DNA from: an uncultured Ignavibacteriaceae bacterium | Lineage (GTDB): Bacteria; Bacteroidota; Ignavibacteria; Tepidaquicellales; Tepidaquicellaceae | Length of the DNA: 64,000 nucleotides | Direction: 5' to 3' | Assembly: GCA_964399995.1 (NCBI GenBank) | Contig: CAYNTN010000007.1 | Location: forward strand, 226 to 64,225 | In this document: positions 34,481 through 44,891 of the stretch, piece by piece | Position numbering within the stretch: the stretch's first letter is position 1 | How the letters are laid out: each line of letters opens with the position of its first letter | Position numbers and translations under genes: made by a program | Notes under the pieces: generated by a model | What the model saw: the letters and a program-made list of their open reading frames with translations, nothing else | What the model was told of the DNA's origin: nothing | The model's database searches: none

Positions 34481-35440
34481 TTAAACAAAAAAGAAATACG
34501 ATATCAGCAATCCGATCACGAGTGTCAGCCCGAACATCATATTCAATTGCGCTGTCATCATGATATGCTTAGTACCGTATTCAAATCTTGCGTGAGCTTC
34601 TTCGGGAAATCCGTCTGACATTTTGACTATCTTCAGAGCTAACGGTAAAGTCACAAGCGCAAGTAAAGCAAACCACGGAAGCATTTTCAATGCAACAAAA
34701 ATAATCAGGGAAAGGTAAGCTCCGAGAACCATAACATAAAACAATTTCACTGAAGCTTTTTCACCGACGAGTATCGGCAGAGTTTTCACACCGAACTTTC
34801 CGTCAAAATTTATATCCCGAATATTATTTGAATGTAAGATCGCGTCTATCAGTAAGCCTATCGGAATTGAAAATAACAGCGGCATCCATGAGAACTGATG
34901 TGTCTGAACGATATATGAGCCGAGTGTCATTCCAAGACCGAAAGAAATAATCACCTGCAGATCTCCGAGAGCTTTGTATTTCAATGCAAGTGGTTTTGCA
35001 GTATAAAAGATTGCTGACAAAAGTCCGAAAATACTCAAATACAGGATCCATGCTCCGGCTTGTGTAAACAGATAAACTCCAATTAAGAATGCGATAAGCA
35101 ATGAAATGACGGCTGCCTTCTTCATTTGCTTAATGCTGACAAGACCCATTGAGATCACCATCGAGCCCCCGTGAGGAATGCCGATTTCTTTGTCTTCTTT
35201 GTCAATGCCTTTATCGTAATCATAAATGTCGTTGATAATGTTTGTTCCGACCTGAACAAGTATACATCCTATCAGGCAAAGAAAAAAATTCAGGAAGTTA
35301 AATTGCAGTCCGGGATTAAGCAAGACAGCAAGCACGGATCCGAACAGAACCGGAATGATCGAAGCCGGGAAAGAATATGCACGTGCAGCCATTAGCCAGA
35401 GGCTAATGCCTTTCGGCGGTGAACTAATATTTTCTGACAT
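34481..35440 (-). CDS. menA: UbiA-family prenyltransferase (MenA-like, 1,4-dihydroxy-2-naphthoate polyprenyltransferase)
   Basis: About 8 TM. Asp-rich motif NDIYDYDKGID. Start moved to MSENISS; the 57-codon upstream extension in the track looks non-coding. Confidence 0.7.
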   Translation of the reverse strand: MSENISSPPKGISLWLMAARAYSFPASIIPVLFGSVLAVLLNPGLQFNFLNFFLCLIGCILVQVGTNIINDIYDYDKGIDKEDKEIGIPHGGSMVISMGLVSIKQMKKAAVISLLIAFLIGVYLFTQAGAWILYLSIFGLLSAIFYTAKPLALKYKALGDLQVIISFGLGMTLGSYIVQTHQFSWMPLLFSIPIGLLIDAILHSNNIRDINFDGKFGVKTLPILVGEKASVKLFYVMVLGAYLSLIIFVALKMLPWFALLALVTLPLALKIVKMSDGFPEEAHARFEYGTKHIMMTAQLNMMFGLTLVIGLLISYFFFV

Positions 35441-35604
35441 AAATTTATTTTGATTTTTAATTTGCAAAAATAGGTATAATAAGGATTGAAATAAATATAG
35501 AAAATAGAGTTGGAGATTCGAGAGATTCGAGAAGACCCGGAGTGATATATTATTTAAACTTTTTAAACGTAGCTGTCCCTGAAGTTTTATCTTTTTCCAG
35601 GTTA

Positions 35605-35660
35605 TTATCAATAGTCAACTATCAATTACCAATTATCAAATATCAATTATCAATTGTCGT
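35605..35660. repeat. heptamer array (TATCAAT/TACCAAT/AGTCAAC)
   Basis: tatcaat agtcaac tatcaat taccaat tatcaaa tatcaat tatcaat tgtcgtc. Confidence 0.8.
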
Positions 35661-35771
35661 CAGGTAACTGAACCAAAACTACCAGAACTCTACATTACTC
35701 CTCAATCAGTGCTTGGTTTTGGAATTATTATTTACTAATTTATTTCTAAAATTTCTCAAGACTAATTGCAC

Positions 35772-36689
35772 ATGAATTTACTAAAAGAAAATATAATCAG
35801 GACGCTTCTTTACTATGATATATTCAAGCATCCGTTGAACCGTTATGAGATATTTTCCCTGCTTCCGCAAAATTCAATCAGTAAATCGGATTTGATCAGG
35901 ACACTTGAAGAAAATTTAAATTCACAGGTCTCATCGAAAGATAATTTTTATTTTATTGGACAGAATGAAAATTATATAGAGCTGAGAAAATTCAGAGAAT
36001 CATATTCAAAGAAAAGCTGGAAGCTTGCGAGAGCTGTGACTCATCTCATAAAAAGATTCCCGTTCGTCAGAGCTGTATTTGTTACCGGCAGTCTCTCGAA
36101 GAACAGCTCAGAGCCAGACAGTGACCTTGACTTTATGATCGTAGCTGCAGATAAACGCCTCTGGATCTGCCGTACTTTGTTAATGCTCTTTAAAAAAATA
36201 TTTCTCTTTAACAGTTATAAATTTTTCTGCATAAATTATTTCGTGTCTGAGAGTTCACTGACGATCGAAGAGAGAAATATTTTTACGGCTACGGAAATCA
36301 TTTATATTAAATCTACATTTAATTCTTGTCTGATGAATAAATTTCTTGAGTCAAATTTATGGATAAAGAATTATTTTCCCAATTATAAAACCGGTGATCC
36401 TTATTTTAATTCATCGGGAGTCAAAATTAATGACAGGAAAAGTTTTATGCAAAAGATGTTTGAAATTTTCTTTATGGGAAAACCCGGGGACAGGCTGGAC
36501 AAATATTTCAGAGAAAAAACCGTTCAGCACTGGAAGAATAAATATTCTCATTTCAATGAAAAGGAAAGAGAGCAAATGTTCAAATCTACTATCAGCGTTT
36601 CAAGAACACATCCGGGAAATATGCAGAAGGTAATCTTAAATAATTACAGAGAGCGTTTGAAAAAATTCAATATCGAATATAATGAATAA
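35772..36689 (+). CDS. nucleotidyltransferase-fold (Pol-beta superfamily) protein
   Basis: GS..x..DSDLD motif (VTGSLSKNSSEPDSDLDFMIV). First gene of a tightly packed operon. Confidence 0.5.
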   Translation: MNLLKENIIRTLLYYDIFKHPLNRYEIFSLLPQNSISKSDLIRTLEENLNSQVSSKDNFYFIGQNENYIELRKFRESYSKKSWKLARAVTHLIKRFPFVRAVFVTGSLSKNSSEPDSDLDFMIVAADKRLWICRTLLMLFKKIFLFNSYKFFCINYFVSESSLTIEERNIFTATEIIYIKSTFNSCLMNKFLESNLWIKNYFPNYKTGDPYFNSSGVKINDRKSFMQKMFEIFFMGKPGDRLDKYFREKTVQHWKNKYSHFNEKEREQMFKSTISVSRTHPGNMQKVILNNYRERLKKFNIEYNE

Positions 36690-38157
36690 GATTCTATTAG
36701 CAAGCTCATATTTTCTAAGACAGGATCCGAAAGAATACAATGCTATGAATCTTTATGCTCCGCTCGGAACTCTTTATGCTGCTTCTTATCTGAAGCAAAA
36801 AGGATACAGTGTTTCTCTCTTTGATACAATGCTCGCAGATTCGGAATCGGATTTAAAAGAATCATTAAATATTCACAAACCGGATATATTTGTGATATAT
36901 GATGACGGCTTTAACTACCTTACCAAAATGTGTCTGACAAGAATGAGAGGAGCTGCTTTTAAGATGAGTGAAATCGCAAATGAATACGGATGCAAAGTAA
37001 TCATATCAGGCTCTGATGCAACGGATCATCTCGATAAATATTTTCAGCACAAAGCAGATTACATTATATGCGGTGAAGGCGAAGTCACGCTTGGAGAGAT
37101 TACAGATAAACTTAACAATGCTTCCGGTAAAGATATAAATGAAATTGACGGGCTGGCTTTTATTAAAAATAACGAGATAAAAAAAACAAATAAGCGGTCA
37201 GTAATTAAAGATCCCGATTCACTACCTTTTCCGGAATGGAGTCTTATAAATGTTGAAAGATACAGAGAGCTCTGGCTAAAGCATCACGGATATTTTTCAA
37301 TGAATATAGTGACTACAAGAGGCTGTCCTTTTCATTGCAACTGGTGTGCGAAGCCGATCTACGGGCAAGTATATAACTCGCGGAGCCCCGAGAATGTAGT
37401 TTCTGAAATGAAATTTCTGAAAGAAAAATATTCTCCCGATCATTTCTGGTTTTGTGACGACATATTCGGGCTAAAGCCGAACTGGATAATAAAGTTTGAT
37501 GAGGTCGTCAACAAAAAAAATGCAAAGACAAATTTCAAATGTCTTTCAAGAGCGGATCTGCTTTTAAAAGAAGATAATGTAAGACATCTCGCTTCGGCAG
37601 GATGTGATTCGGTCTGGATAGGCACTGAATCCGGCTCGCAGAAAATTCTTGATGCAATGGATAAAGGAACTACAATTAAACAGATATATGAATCACGAAA
37701 TCTTTTGAAAAAAAATAAAATAAAAACCGGTTTCTTTCTTCAGTTCGGATATACAGGTGAAACCAAGGACGACATTGATCTGACTTTACAAATGGTGAGA
37801 GACCTGATGCCGGATGATATTGGAATTTCAGTTTCATATCCGCTGCCGGGCACAAAATTCTATGAAAGAGTTTTGTCTCAAATGAAATTTAAACAGAACT
37901 GGGAAAAATCTGATGATTTTGAAATGATGTTTGACGGTGAATACTCGAGCAAATATTATAGAATACTGCATAAGAGAGTGCATAAGGAATTTCGTTCGAG
38001 GCAGCTGCTGGAAAAACCGTTTAAACGGTTTTTTTCGCTATGGAAGCTGCCGTATTATTTAACAGGCTGGTGGTGGAATGCCATTAAGCTGAAGAAGTCG
38101 GAGAAAAGTGAAAGAAGGGATCAAAACAATTCAAAACTAATTGAAGCTTTAAACTAA
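36682..38157 (+). CDS. B12-binding-domain radical SAM enzyme
   Basis: N-terminal cobalamin-binding Rossmann-like region plus TTRGCPFHCNWCAKP (CxxxCxxC). Overlaps the upstream gene by 8 nt. Confidence 0.85.
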   Translation: MNKILLASSYFLRQDPKEYNAMNLYAPLGTLYAASYLKQKGYSVSLFDTMLADSESDLKESLNIHKPDIFVIYDDGFNYLTKMCLTRMRGAAFKMSEIANEYGCKVIISGSDATDHLDKYFQHKADYIICGEGEVTLGEITDKLNNASGKDINEIDGLAFIKNNEIKKTNKRSVIKDPDSLPFPEWSLINVERYRELWLKHHGYFSMNIVTTRGCPFHCNWCAKPIYGQVYNSRSPENVVSEMKFLKEKYSPDHFWFCDDIFGLKPNWIIKFDEVVNKKNAKTNFKCLSRADLLLKEDNVRHLASAGCDSVWIGTESGSQKILDAMDKGTTIKQIYESRNLLKKNKIKTGFFLQFGYTGETKDDIDLTLQMVRDLMPDDIGISVSYPLPGTKFYERVLSQMKFKQNWEKSDDFEMMFDGEYSSKYYRILHKRVHKEFRSRQLLEKPFKRFFSLWKLPYYLTGWWWNAIKLKKSEKSERRDQNNSKLIEALN

Positions 38158-38160
38158 ATC

Positions 38161-38970
38161 TTGGAAGATTATTTAATTCATACAAAAGAATCATTCAACA
38201 GGATCGCGGGCAATTTCGATGAAGAAGATTCTTCAAATGAAATCCTGCAGTGGATGAGAAATACGGTTTACGGAATTTATCTTTCATATTTTGCAAAAGG
38301 TGATAAGCTGCTTGAGCTCAATGCAGGGACCGGAATTGATGCAGTATACCTTGCTTCTAAAGACATTAAGGTTTTTGCAACTGATATTTCAAATGAAATG
38401 ATAGGTAAGCTTAAATCAAAAATTGAAAAAAATAATCTTCAAGAAATGATCAAAGCTGAGAACATTTCTTTTGATGAATTAAATAATATCAGTGAAAATA
38501 ATTTTGACGGAGCCGTTTCAAATTTCGGCGGACTGAATTGTATTAATAATTTTGACATTCTTTCGGATTCCTTAGCCGGTAAAATCAAACCCGGAGGAAA
38601 ATTTATAGCGGCAGTCATGAATTCATTTTGCCCGTGGGAGATTTTTTATTACTTGTTGAAGTTCGACCCGCGAAATGCTTTCAGAAGATTTAATAAGGGA
38701 GGAATAGACGCAAATCTGAGCGAGTTCAAAATCAAATCATTTTATTTCACTCCAAAAGAGTTTGCACTAAGATTTCAGAAGTATTTTGAAACTGAAAAAA
38801 TATATTCACTCGGTTTGTTTACTCCGTCACCTTATTTATATGGAATTTATAATAAAGCTAAACCACTGGTCAGATTTTGCATGAAGATTGATAATACTGT
38901 AAAAGAACGTTTTCCATTCAACCGAGCCGGTGATCATTTTGTAATTGTAATGAAACGGAAGCAAAGTTGA
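38161..38970 (+). CDS. class I SAM-dependent methyltransferase
   Basis: LLELNAGTGIDAVYLA motif I, ATDIS, VSNFGGLN. TTG start 3 nt after the previous stop. Confidence 0.75.
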   Translation: MEDYLIHTKESFNRIAGNFDEEDSSNEILQWMRNTVYGIYLSYFAKGDKLLELNAGTGIDAVYLASKDIKVFATDISNEMIGKLKSKIEKNNLQEMIKAENISFDELNNISENNFDGAVSNFGGLNCINNFDILSDSLAGKIKPGGKFIAAVMNSFCPWEIFYYLLKFDPRNAFRRFNKGGIDANLSEFKIKSFYFTPKEFALRFQKYFETEKIYSLGLFTPSPYLYGIYNKAKPLVRFCMKIDNTVKERFPFNRAGDHFVIVMKRKQS

Positions 38971-40805
38971 AATCAATGGCGGAATTAATTAACAATAAAC
39001 TTTTTCATGTCACCTGCTTTATTGTTCTCAATATTATATTTTTTATCTTTGTCTTCCTCCCCTCAGTTAAAAAAGTCAACACTGATTTTCCGAATTATTA
39101 TGTAAGTTCAAATATGTTTTTAGACGGAAAGGATCTGAAACAGGCTTATGATAATGTTGAATTCAATAAGCAGGTACTGCTTTACGGAATTGAGAATCAG
39201 TTCGTGTCATTCATTCCGTATCCGCCGGTTAATGCTTTGCTAATGATTCCGTTTGCGCGGATCGAGCCTCTAACTGCAAAATTTTGCTGGAATATTTTAA
39301 ACTATGCTTTCTTCATGCTGAGTGTATATTTTATTTCTAAAATATCAGGTCTGAATTTTTACCTGACTGGAATAATATTTTTTATATCCGGCTATGCATT
39401 TGTAAATAATTTTTTCTTCGGTCAGGCTTATCTTCTGGTCTTAATACTTTTCTCAGCCTCAGTATATTATTTATTCAACGGGAAAGATATCCAGTCTGCA
39501 TTACTTTTATCCATTAGTGTACTCTTAAAATTTTATACAATTTTTTTTCTGATTATATTTTTATGCAGAAGAAAGTACAGAATGGTAATAGCTTCGGTTT
39601 CCTTTATTGTTCTTTTAAACCTGTTGGTTTTTATTATAACAGGTTTTGACATAAATTTTTTCTATTACAACAAAATAATGCCGCGAATCAGTGACGGCTG
39701 GGTTGGAACAGTCTATGCTTCAGAGTTTCAGTCCGTACTGTCACTGCTTCATACTTTGTTTTATTTTGAGCCTTCACTCAATCCATTTCCGTTGACTGAA
39801 AGTCCGGAGCTTTACTTTATTCTAAAATATTTTTTCTACTTTGGAATATTAATGTCATCTGTATTCATTGTTTTGAATTCCAAAAAGGATTCAGATAAAA
39901 ATATTTTCAATCTTCAAATATCACTTTTTTGTTTTGTCTGCATTCTGCTTCTCCCTGTGAATGCATCCTATCAATATGTAATTTTAATTCCGGCAATTAC
40001 GATACTCGTGAAATATTATGTACTGTCGAAAAAGTATTTTATGACCGGACTAATTTTATGTCTTTTCTTAATTATGAATAGTCCTTTAGCAGTGTACATT
40101 GTAAGCATTACGAAAAATCAGCCTTATTTTTTTCTCGGATATATAAAGTTGTTTATAGTGTTTTTTTTCTGGCTGAATAATATTTTTCTTCTGAAAAAAC
40201 TGAGTCTGCAGTTTATAAAAAGGAGTACTGTTCTAAGATACTCATTCGTCTATGTGTTTTTAGTTTTGGTAATTTCGAGAATGTCCCTTTCTTTGAACAG
40301 ACTTAATCATGACGGAGCAAGTAATTTGCTTACAAATCCGAGCTATCTTATCTCAATGCCGGCATCTTACTATGATAAAATCATTTTTACGGAATGTCTG
40401 AATGAAAAATTCACTTTGAGTTCTAACTTTGGATTCAGATTTGACAGAGAAAATGTCTTTGATCCGGGATTTATAAACGAAGAGGAAATTTATTACCAAA
40501 CCATTGATGGTAAAAAAATCTCATTTAAAAAGATTAATACTGAATATAAAAATGAAATACAGACAATACTCAAACCGGATCCGTTTGAAGTACAACTGTC
40601 AAATGACAAATCAATGAAATGTTTTTCAAAAGAAGGTCAGATATTTTTAACACATATTCCTTCCGGTAAAACAATTCAAATGACCTCCGATAATTCATTT
40701 AACACAAAACCTGTATTTTATGATAATGACTCGAAAATATTATTTTGTTCGGACAGAAAACGCGGTGTCGGATTCACAACTTTGTATGAAATAAAAATTA
40801 AATAA
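38967..40805 (+). CDS. polytopic GT-C-type glycosyltransferase (GT87/DUF2029-like) with C-terminal soluble beta-rich domain
   Basis: About 12 TM in the first 430 aa. C-terminal 170 aa has PD40-like sequence (LFCSDRKRGVGFTTLYE). 4-nt overlap with the upstream gene. Confidence 0.5.
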   Translation: MKSMAELINNKLFHVTCFIVLNIIFFIFVFLPSVKKVNTDFPNYYVSSNMFLDGKDLKQAYDNVEFNKQVLLYGIENQFVSFIPYPPVNALLMIPFARIEPLTAKFCWNILNYAFFMLSVYFISKISGLNFYLTGIIFFISGYAFVNNFFFGQAYLLVLILFSASVYYLFNGKDIQSALLLSISVLLKFYTIFFLIIFLCRRKYRMVIASVSFIVLLNLLVFIITGFDINFFYYNKIMPRISDGWVGTVYASEFQSVLSLLHTLFYFEPSLNPFPLTESPELYFILKYFFYFGILMSSVFIVLNSKKDSDKNIFNLQISLFCFVCILLLPVNASYQYVILIPAITILVKYYVLSKKYFMTGLILCLFLIMNSPLAVYIVSITKNQPYFFLGYIKLFIVFFFWLNNIFLLKKLSLQFIKRSTVLRYSFVYVFLVLVISRMSLSLNRLNHDGASNLLTNPSYLISMPASYYDKIIFTECLNEKFTLSSNFGFRFDRENVFDPGFINEEEIYYQTIDGKKISFKKINTEYKNEIQTILKPDPFEVQLSNDKSMKCFSKEGQIFLTHIPSGKTIQMTSDNSFNTKPVFYDNDSKILFCSDRKRGVGFTTLYEIKIK

Positions 40806-40810
40806 ATAGA

Positions 40811-42037
40811 ATGTCAGTTTCCTTTATGAAAATAATTGATGAATACCTCGGAAAGGTGATAGTCTTTTTCATTTCAATTATCAGAAGAAGAAAAAGCATC
40901 TCAGCAAGCAGTCGTTTAAAAAGTATTTTATTCATAAAGTTCTGGGGAATCGGCAGTATTGTTTTAACAACTCCTGCATTGAGTAGAGTCAAAGCAGCAT
41001 ATCCGGATTCAAAAATCTATTTTCTTACCCTGAAAAATAATATTGAAATTTGCAGTGAAATCAAAATCATAGATGAAATCATAACCATAGACATTGATAA
41101 TCCTGCTAAGTTCCTATCGGATCTCATGAGTAAAATCAAATCATTAAGAAAATTAAGTTTCGATATCGTATTTGACTTTGAATTCTATACATATTTTTCA
41201 GCCGTTATTGTATCACTGCTGAAAGCTGGCAGAAGTTGCGGGTTTGATAATTTAAAGAATAACAGAAATGTACTATTCAGTAAAACTATTTTATTTGATG
41301 ACAAGATTCATACTAAGGAAAATTTCCTTAACCTCATTAATGCAGATGAAACGGTAAACGGAGTAACAGCAGAGTCTTCCGGATTCAATAGCATAAATAT
41401 TATTACAAACATTAAAAACAGCGAACCCGGATTTGCAGTTAATCCGAATGCAAGCCGGCTGGCTTATGAAAGAAGGCTGCCTCAGGAAAACTTCATTGAG
41501 ATCATTAGTCATTTTACTGAAAAATATAATTGCAAAATTTCGTTGATCGGTTCAAAGGAGGAAGTGCCATATGTTGAAAAAATTTTCAGCCGGCTTAAAA
41601 ATAAAAACTCAGTAAACAATTTATGCGGCAAGACTTCAGTTAAGGAATTGATTACATTGATAAATTCCTCTGCCTGTCTTATAACAAATGACAGCGGACC
41701 TTTGCATATTGCTTCAGCTCTGAATATTCCCGTTGTTGCTTTCTTCGGTCCCGAATCACCGCAGCGATACGGACCTCTGAGCGAAAAGAAATTGGTTTTT
41801 TATAAAGGACTTAAATGCAGTCCGTGCATGAGTATAAACAATTCTAAAACGGTGAACTGCATCTATAATTCACCTGAATGCATGAAGCAGTTTGAAATGG
41901 AAAATATGCTGAAGAAAATTGATGAGTTCATTAAGGAGATTTTATCAAACCATGAGTTATCATTAAATCACGTGGCTGTCCCAAAAGTTACAACTTTCCA
42001 AAAACACGGTTTTGGCAAGTTACCGGATGCGATTTAG
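40811..42037 (+). CDS. glycosyltransferase family 9 (heptosyltransferase-like)
   Basis: ILFIKFWGIGSIVLTTPA and ITNDSGPLHIASALNIPVVAFFGP are typical GT9 motifs. Confidence 0.8.
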   Translation: MSVSFMKIIDEYLGKVIVFFISIIRRRKSISASSRLKSILFIKFWGIGSIVLTTPALSRVKAAYPDSKIYFLTLKNNIEICSEIKIIDEIITIDIDNPAKFLSDLMSKIKSLRKLSFDIVFDFEFYTYFSAVIVSLLKAGRSCGFDNLKNNRNVLFSKTILFDDKIHTKENFLNLINADETVNGVTAESSGFNSINIITNIKNSEPGFAVNPNASRLAYERRLPQENFIEIISHFTEKYNCKISLIGSKEEVPYVEKIFSRLKNKNSVNNLCGKTSVKELITLINSSACLITNDSGPLHIASALNIPVVAFFGPESPQRYGPLSEKKLVFYKGLKCSPCMSINNSKTVNCIYNSPECMKQFEMENMLKKIDEFIKEILSNHELSLNHVAVPKVTTFQKHGFGKLPDAI

Positions 42038-42065
42038 ACAACCCAAGCTGAAATCAATAATCAAA

Positions 42066-43337
42066 ATGGTTAAAGAGCACATAAAAAAAATATCGAAGGA
42101 TACTTTATTGGTTCTTTTATTCAACACAATAAATTATCTTTGTTCATTCATACTTGCAATTCTTGTTTCAAGATTTTTAGGGATCGGGAGCTTCGGGGAG
42201 TACAGTTTTATTTTTGCATTAATTCTGATACTTGGTATAATTTCCGACTTCGGTCTTTCAACTTTACTAATCAGGAAAATAAATGAAAACAGGTTTGCAG
42301 TAAAAAATTTAATTATTAACTTTAATGTGTTGAAATCAATATTGTCTTTGATATTGATTATGATTGTTTTCTTGACGGTTTTCCTTTTCTTTGAAAAATT
42401 TTTTTATCCGGCATTCCTGACAGGTATTCTGATAATACTTCCGCGCTCATTAATATCAACCTATGAAGCTTCTTTAAGAAGTTTCCTTAATCAGAAGTAT
42501 CCTGTTTTAATTATAAGTTTAAATTCTGTTTTGCAGCTTGTCTGTTCATATGGACTTTTGTTAAAAGGTTCAGCACTGACAGAATTATTTCTTTGCATAC
42601 TGGCATTGGATATTCTGACTTCCGTGATTTTATATTTTGCCAACAACAAAGTTGTTAATAAATATTCAGCATTTAAAGGTAGTGAGCAGGTTAGTTTCAA
42701 TTTCAATCCGGTCCCTTCTCTCAGGGAAAGTTCGGTGTTTTTTTATAACAATTTTTTAATGTTGTCGATAAAGAGTCTTAATGTAATACTGCTCGGATAT
42801 TTCTCAACCGCTGCTTCGGTTGGGATATACTCTGCAGGTTCGAAATTTATAAACGGTGTAGGTTTATTTTCAGGAGCTTTGTTCAATTCATTTTATCCCG
42901 CGATAGCAAAGTTAAAAGACAGCTTAAAGATAAAACTGGAAGTGACTAAAAAAATGATTTTATATACTTTTATCGGTGGTGCAATAGTAACTGCGGCAGT
43001 TTACTTTTTATCTGAAGAATTAATTGCTTTGACTTTCAAAACTGAAGAGTCGGTCTTTGTTTTGAAAATACTTTCATTAACAATATTGCCTGTACTGATA
43101 TACACTGTTACACAGTCATTCTTATTTTCAGTTTACGGAGAAAAATATCTGACTAAAATTCTGGTATTGGCATGGAGTTTAAATATTTTTTTAAGCATTA
43201 TTCTGATAACTTTATTTGACTACGCAGGATGTGCAGCTGCATTAGCATCAACTGAAATATTTTTAATGCTGACTCAGATTTACAAATTTTATTCGGATGT
43301 TATATTTTTTGAAAATCAAAAAGTAAATTTAACCTGA
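42066..43337 (+). CDS. oligosaccharide flippase (Wzx/MOP superfamily)
   Basis: About 12-14 TM with the polysaccharide-biosynthesis-protein pattern. Start moved to MVKEHIKK; the track ORF opens at 42012. Confidence 0.7.
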   Translation: MVKEHIKKISKDTLLVLLFNTINYLCSFILAILVSRFLGIGSFGEYSFIFALILILGIISDFGLSTLLIRKINENRFAVKNLIINFNVLKSILSLILIMIVFLTVFLFFEKFFYPAFLTGILIILPRSLISTYEASLRSFLNQKYPVLIISLNSVLQLVCSYGLLLKGSALTELFLCILALDILTSVILYFANNKVVNKYSAFKGSEQVSFNFNPVPSLRESSVFFYNNFLMLSIKSLNVILLGYFSTAASVGIYSAGSKFINGVGLFSGALFNSFYPAIAKLKDSLKIKLEVTKKMILYTFIGGAIVTAAVYFLSEELIALTFKTEESVFVLKILSLTILPVLIYTVTQSFLFSVYGEKYLTKILVLAWSLNIFLSIILITLFDYAGCAAALASTEIFLMLTQIYKFYSDVIFFENQKVNLT

Positions 43338-44836
43338 TGATCATACTATTAAATCCTAAGAGCGCGAGGTACGGATTCAGAGTACCGAACAGCCTGCTGT
43401 ATCTGGGAGCATTTCTTGAAAATAAATATGAGTATGAAATTGTAGATGAAAATCTTGATGAGGATGTTGAGAATACTCTTATAAAATTAATAAGGGCAAA
43501 AGATGTCAGGTATCTTGGAATTACTGTTATGCCCGGTCCGCAATTACACAGAGCAGTTCCGATAAGCAAAAAAATAAAATCATTATTCCCGGAAATTAAA
43601 ATTTTATGGGGAGGATACTTTCCTTCACTTCACAGAAATACAGTCCTCAAGTCGGATTACGTTGATGTAATTTTCCGCGGGCATGCGGAAATTTCGCTTC
43701 CGGAATATTTAGACTGCATGCAATGCAAACCCGGAGCGAGAAAGCTTTCTGAAATAAAAGGTATTTCCTATAAATCCGAAGGGAAAATTTTTCACAATCC
43801 TGATATAGATAATATAGATCCTGATATGATACCGTTGCTGCCTTATTATAAAGTAGAACCTGAGAAGTATCTTAAGCTTGGCAAAACTTATTTAGGTAAA
43901 AGAACAATTGCATATATCTCGAGTATCGGCTGTCCGTTCACCTGCGGCTTCTGTGCAATAGCAGGAATTTATAAAGGGAAATGGAAAGGGAGAAATGCCG
44001 ATTTGGTTGCAAATGATCTGAGATTTCTTTATGACAGATATAAAGTTGATGCTGTAGAATTTCATGATGACAATATGTTCGTTTCCGAAAAAAGAATTTA
44101 TGCCATTGCCGATAAAATAAAGGACATGAAACTCGGATGGTGGGGTGAAGCGCGTCCGGATACAATGCTGAAATATTCCGATGAGACTTTAGAGCTTATG
44201 CAGAGATCAGGTGTGAAAATGATCTTTTACGGAGCGGAGTCAAGTTCGGAGGAAACTTTGAGGCTTATGAATAAAGGAGGAACTCAGACTCCCGATACAG
44301 TTATAAAGTTAGCGGAGCGTTTGAAAAATTTTAATATCGTTCCGGAGTTTTCATTTGTTATGGGCAGTCCTTCCGATGATGTTGACAAAAGCATTGATGA
44401 AGACATAAATTATATCAGAAAGATCAAACAGATCAATCCACGTGCTGAGATAATTATATATGTATACTCACCCGTAAACTTTGAGGATTCTGAAATAACA
44501 CTCGCATCAAAGATGAAGGGATTCGATTATCCGGAATCACTTGAAGAATGGACCTCGGGAAAATGGAAGAATTTTGATCTGAGAAAAGAGACACTAACAC
44601 CGTGGCTTAAGCCACATCACATAAAAAGAATCCTTAATTTTGATAGAGTACTCAATGCATATTATCCGACAGCAAGTGATCTGAAGATCATCGGGTGGAA
44701 AAAAAAGCTGCTAAATACTTTAGGGGGCTGGAGATATGCGTCGTCTTTTTACAATGCTCCGTATGAAGTCCGTCTGGCTTTGAAATTATTACGATACCGT
44801 CAGCCGGAAACGGAAGGATTTTCTTTCCAGGATTAG
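43337..44836 (+). CDS. B12-binding-domain radical SAM enzyme (second copy)
   Basis: MIILLNPKS... cobalamin-domain-like N-terminus plus SSIGCPFTCGFCAIAG. Confidence 0.85.
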   Translation: MIILLNPKSARYGFRVPNSLLYLGAFLENKYEYEIVDENLDEDVENTLIKLIRAKDVRYLGITVMPGPQLHRAVPISKKIKSLFPEIKILWGGYFPSLHRNTVLKSDYVDVIFRGHAEISLPEYLDCMQCKPGARKLSEIKGISYKSEGKIFHNPDIDNIDPDMIPLLPYYKVEPEKYLKLGKTYLGKRTIAYISSIGCPFTCGFCAIAGIYKGKWKGRNADLVANDLRFLYDRYKVDAVEFHDDNMFVSEKRIYAIADKIKDMKLGWWGEARPDTMLKYSDETLELMQRSGVKMIFYGAESSSEETLRLMNKGGTQTPDTVIKLAERLKNFNIVPEFSFVMGSPSDDVDKSIDEDINYIRKIKQINPRAEIIIYVYSPVNFEDSEITLASKMKGFDYPESLEEWTSGKWKNFDLRKETLTPWLKPHHIKRILNFDRVLNAYYPTASDLKIIGWKKKLLNTLGGWRYASSFYNAPYEVRLALKLLRYRQPETEGFSFQD

Positions 44837-44891
44837 GAAATAGATTTAAGAACTTCAACCGGTGGAGTAATAAAAAAGTCAAGGATTAAAC

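Noticed and set aside
35441-35611. 57-codon N-terminal extension of the MenA-like ORF
   Set aside because: The extension is low-complexity (LYFLYLFQSLLYLFLQ) and AT-rich, and has no counterpart in UbiA-family proteins. The family-like sequence begins at MSENISS (35440).
36394-36633. 79-aa alternative-frame ORF inside the NTase-fold gene
   Set aside because: It is a same-strand overlapping frame within a longer ORF that carries the recognisable GS...DSDLD motif, so it is most likely spurious.
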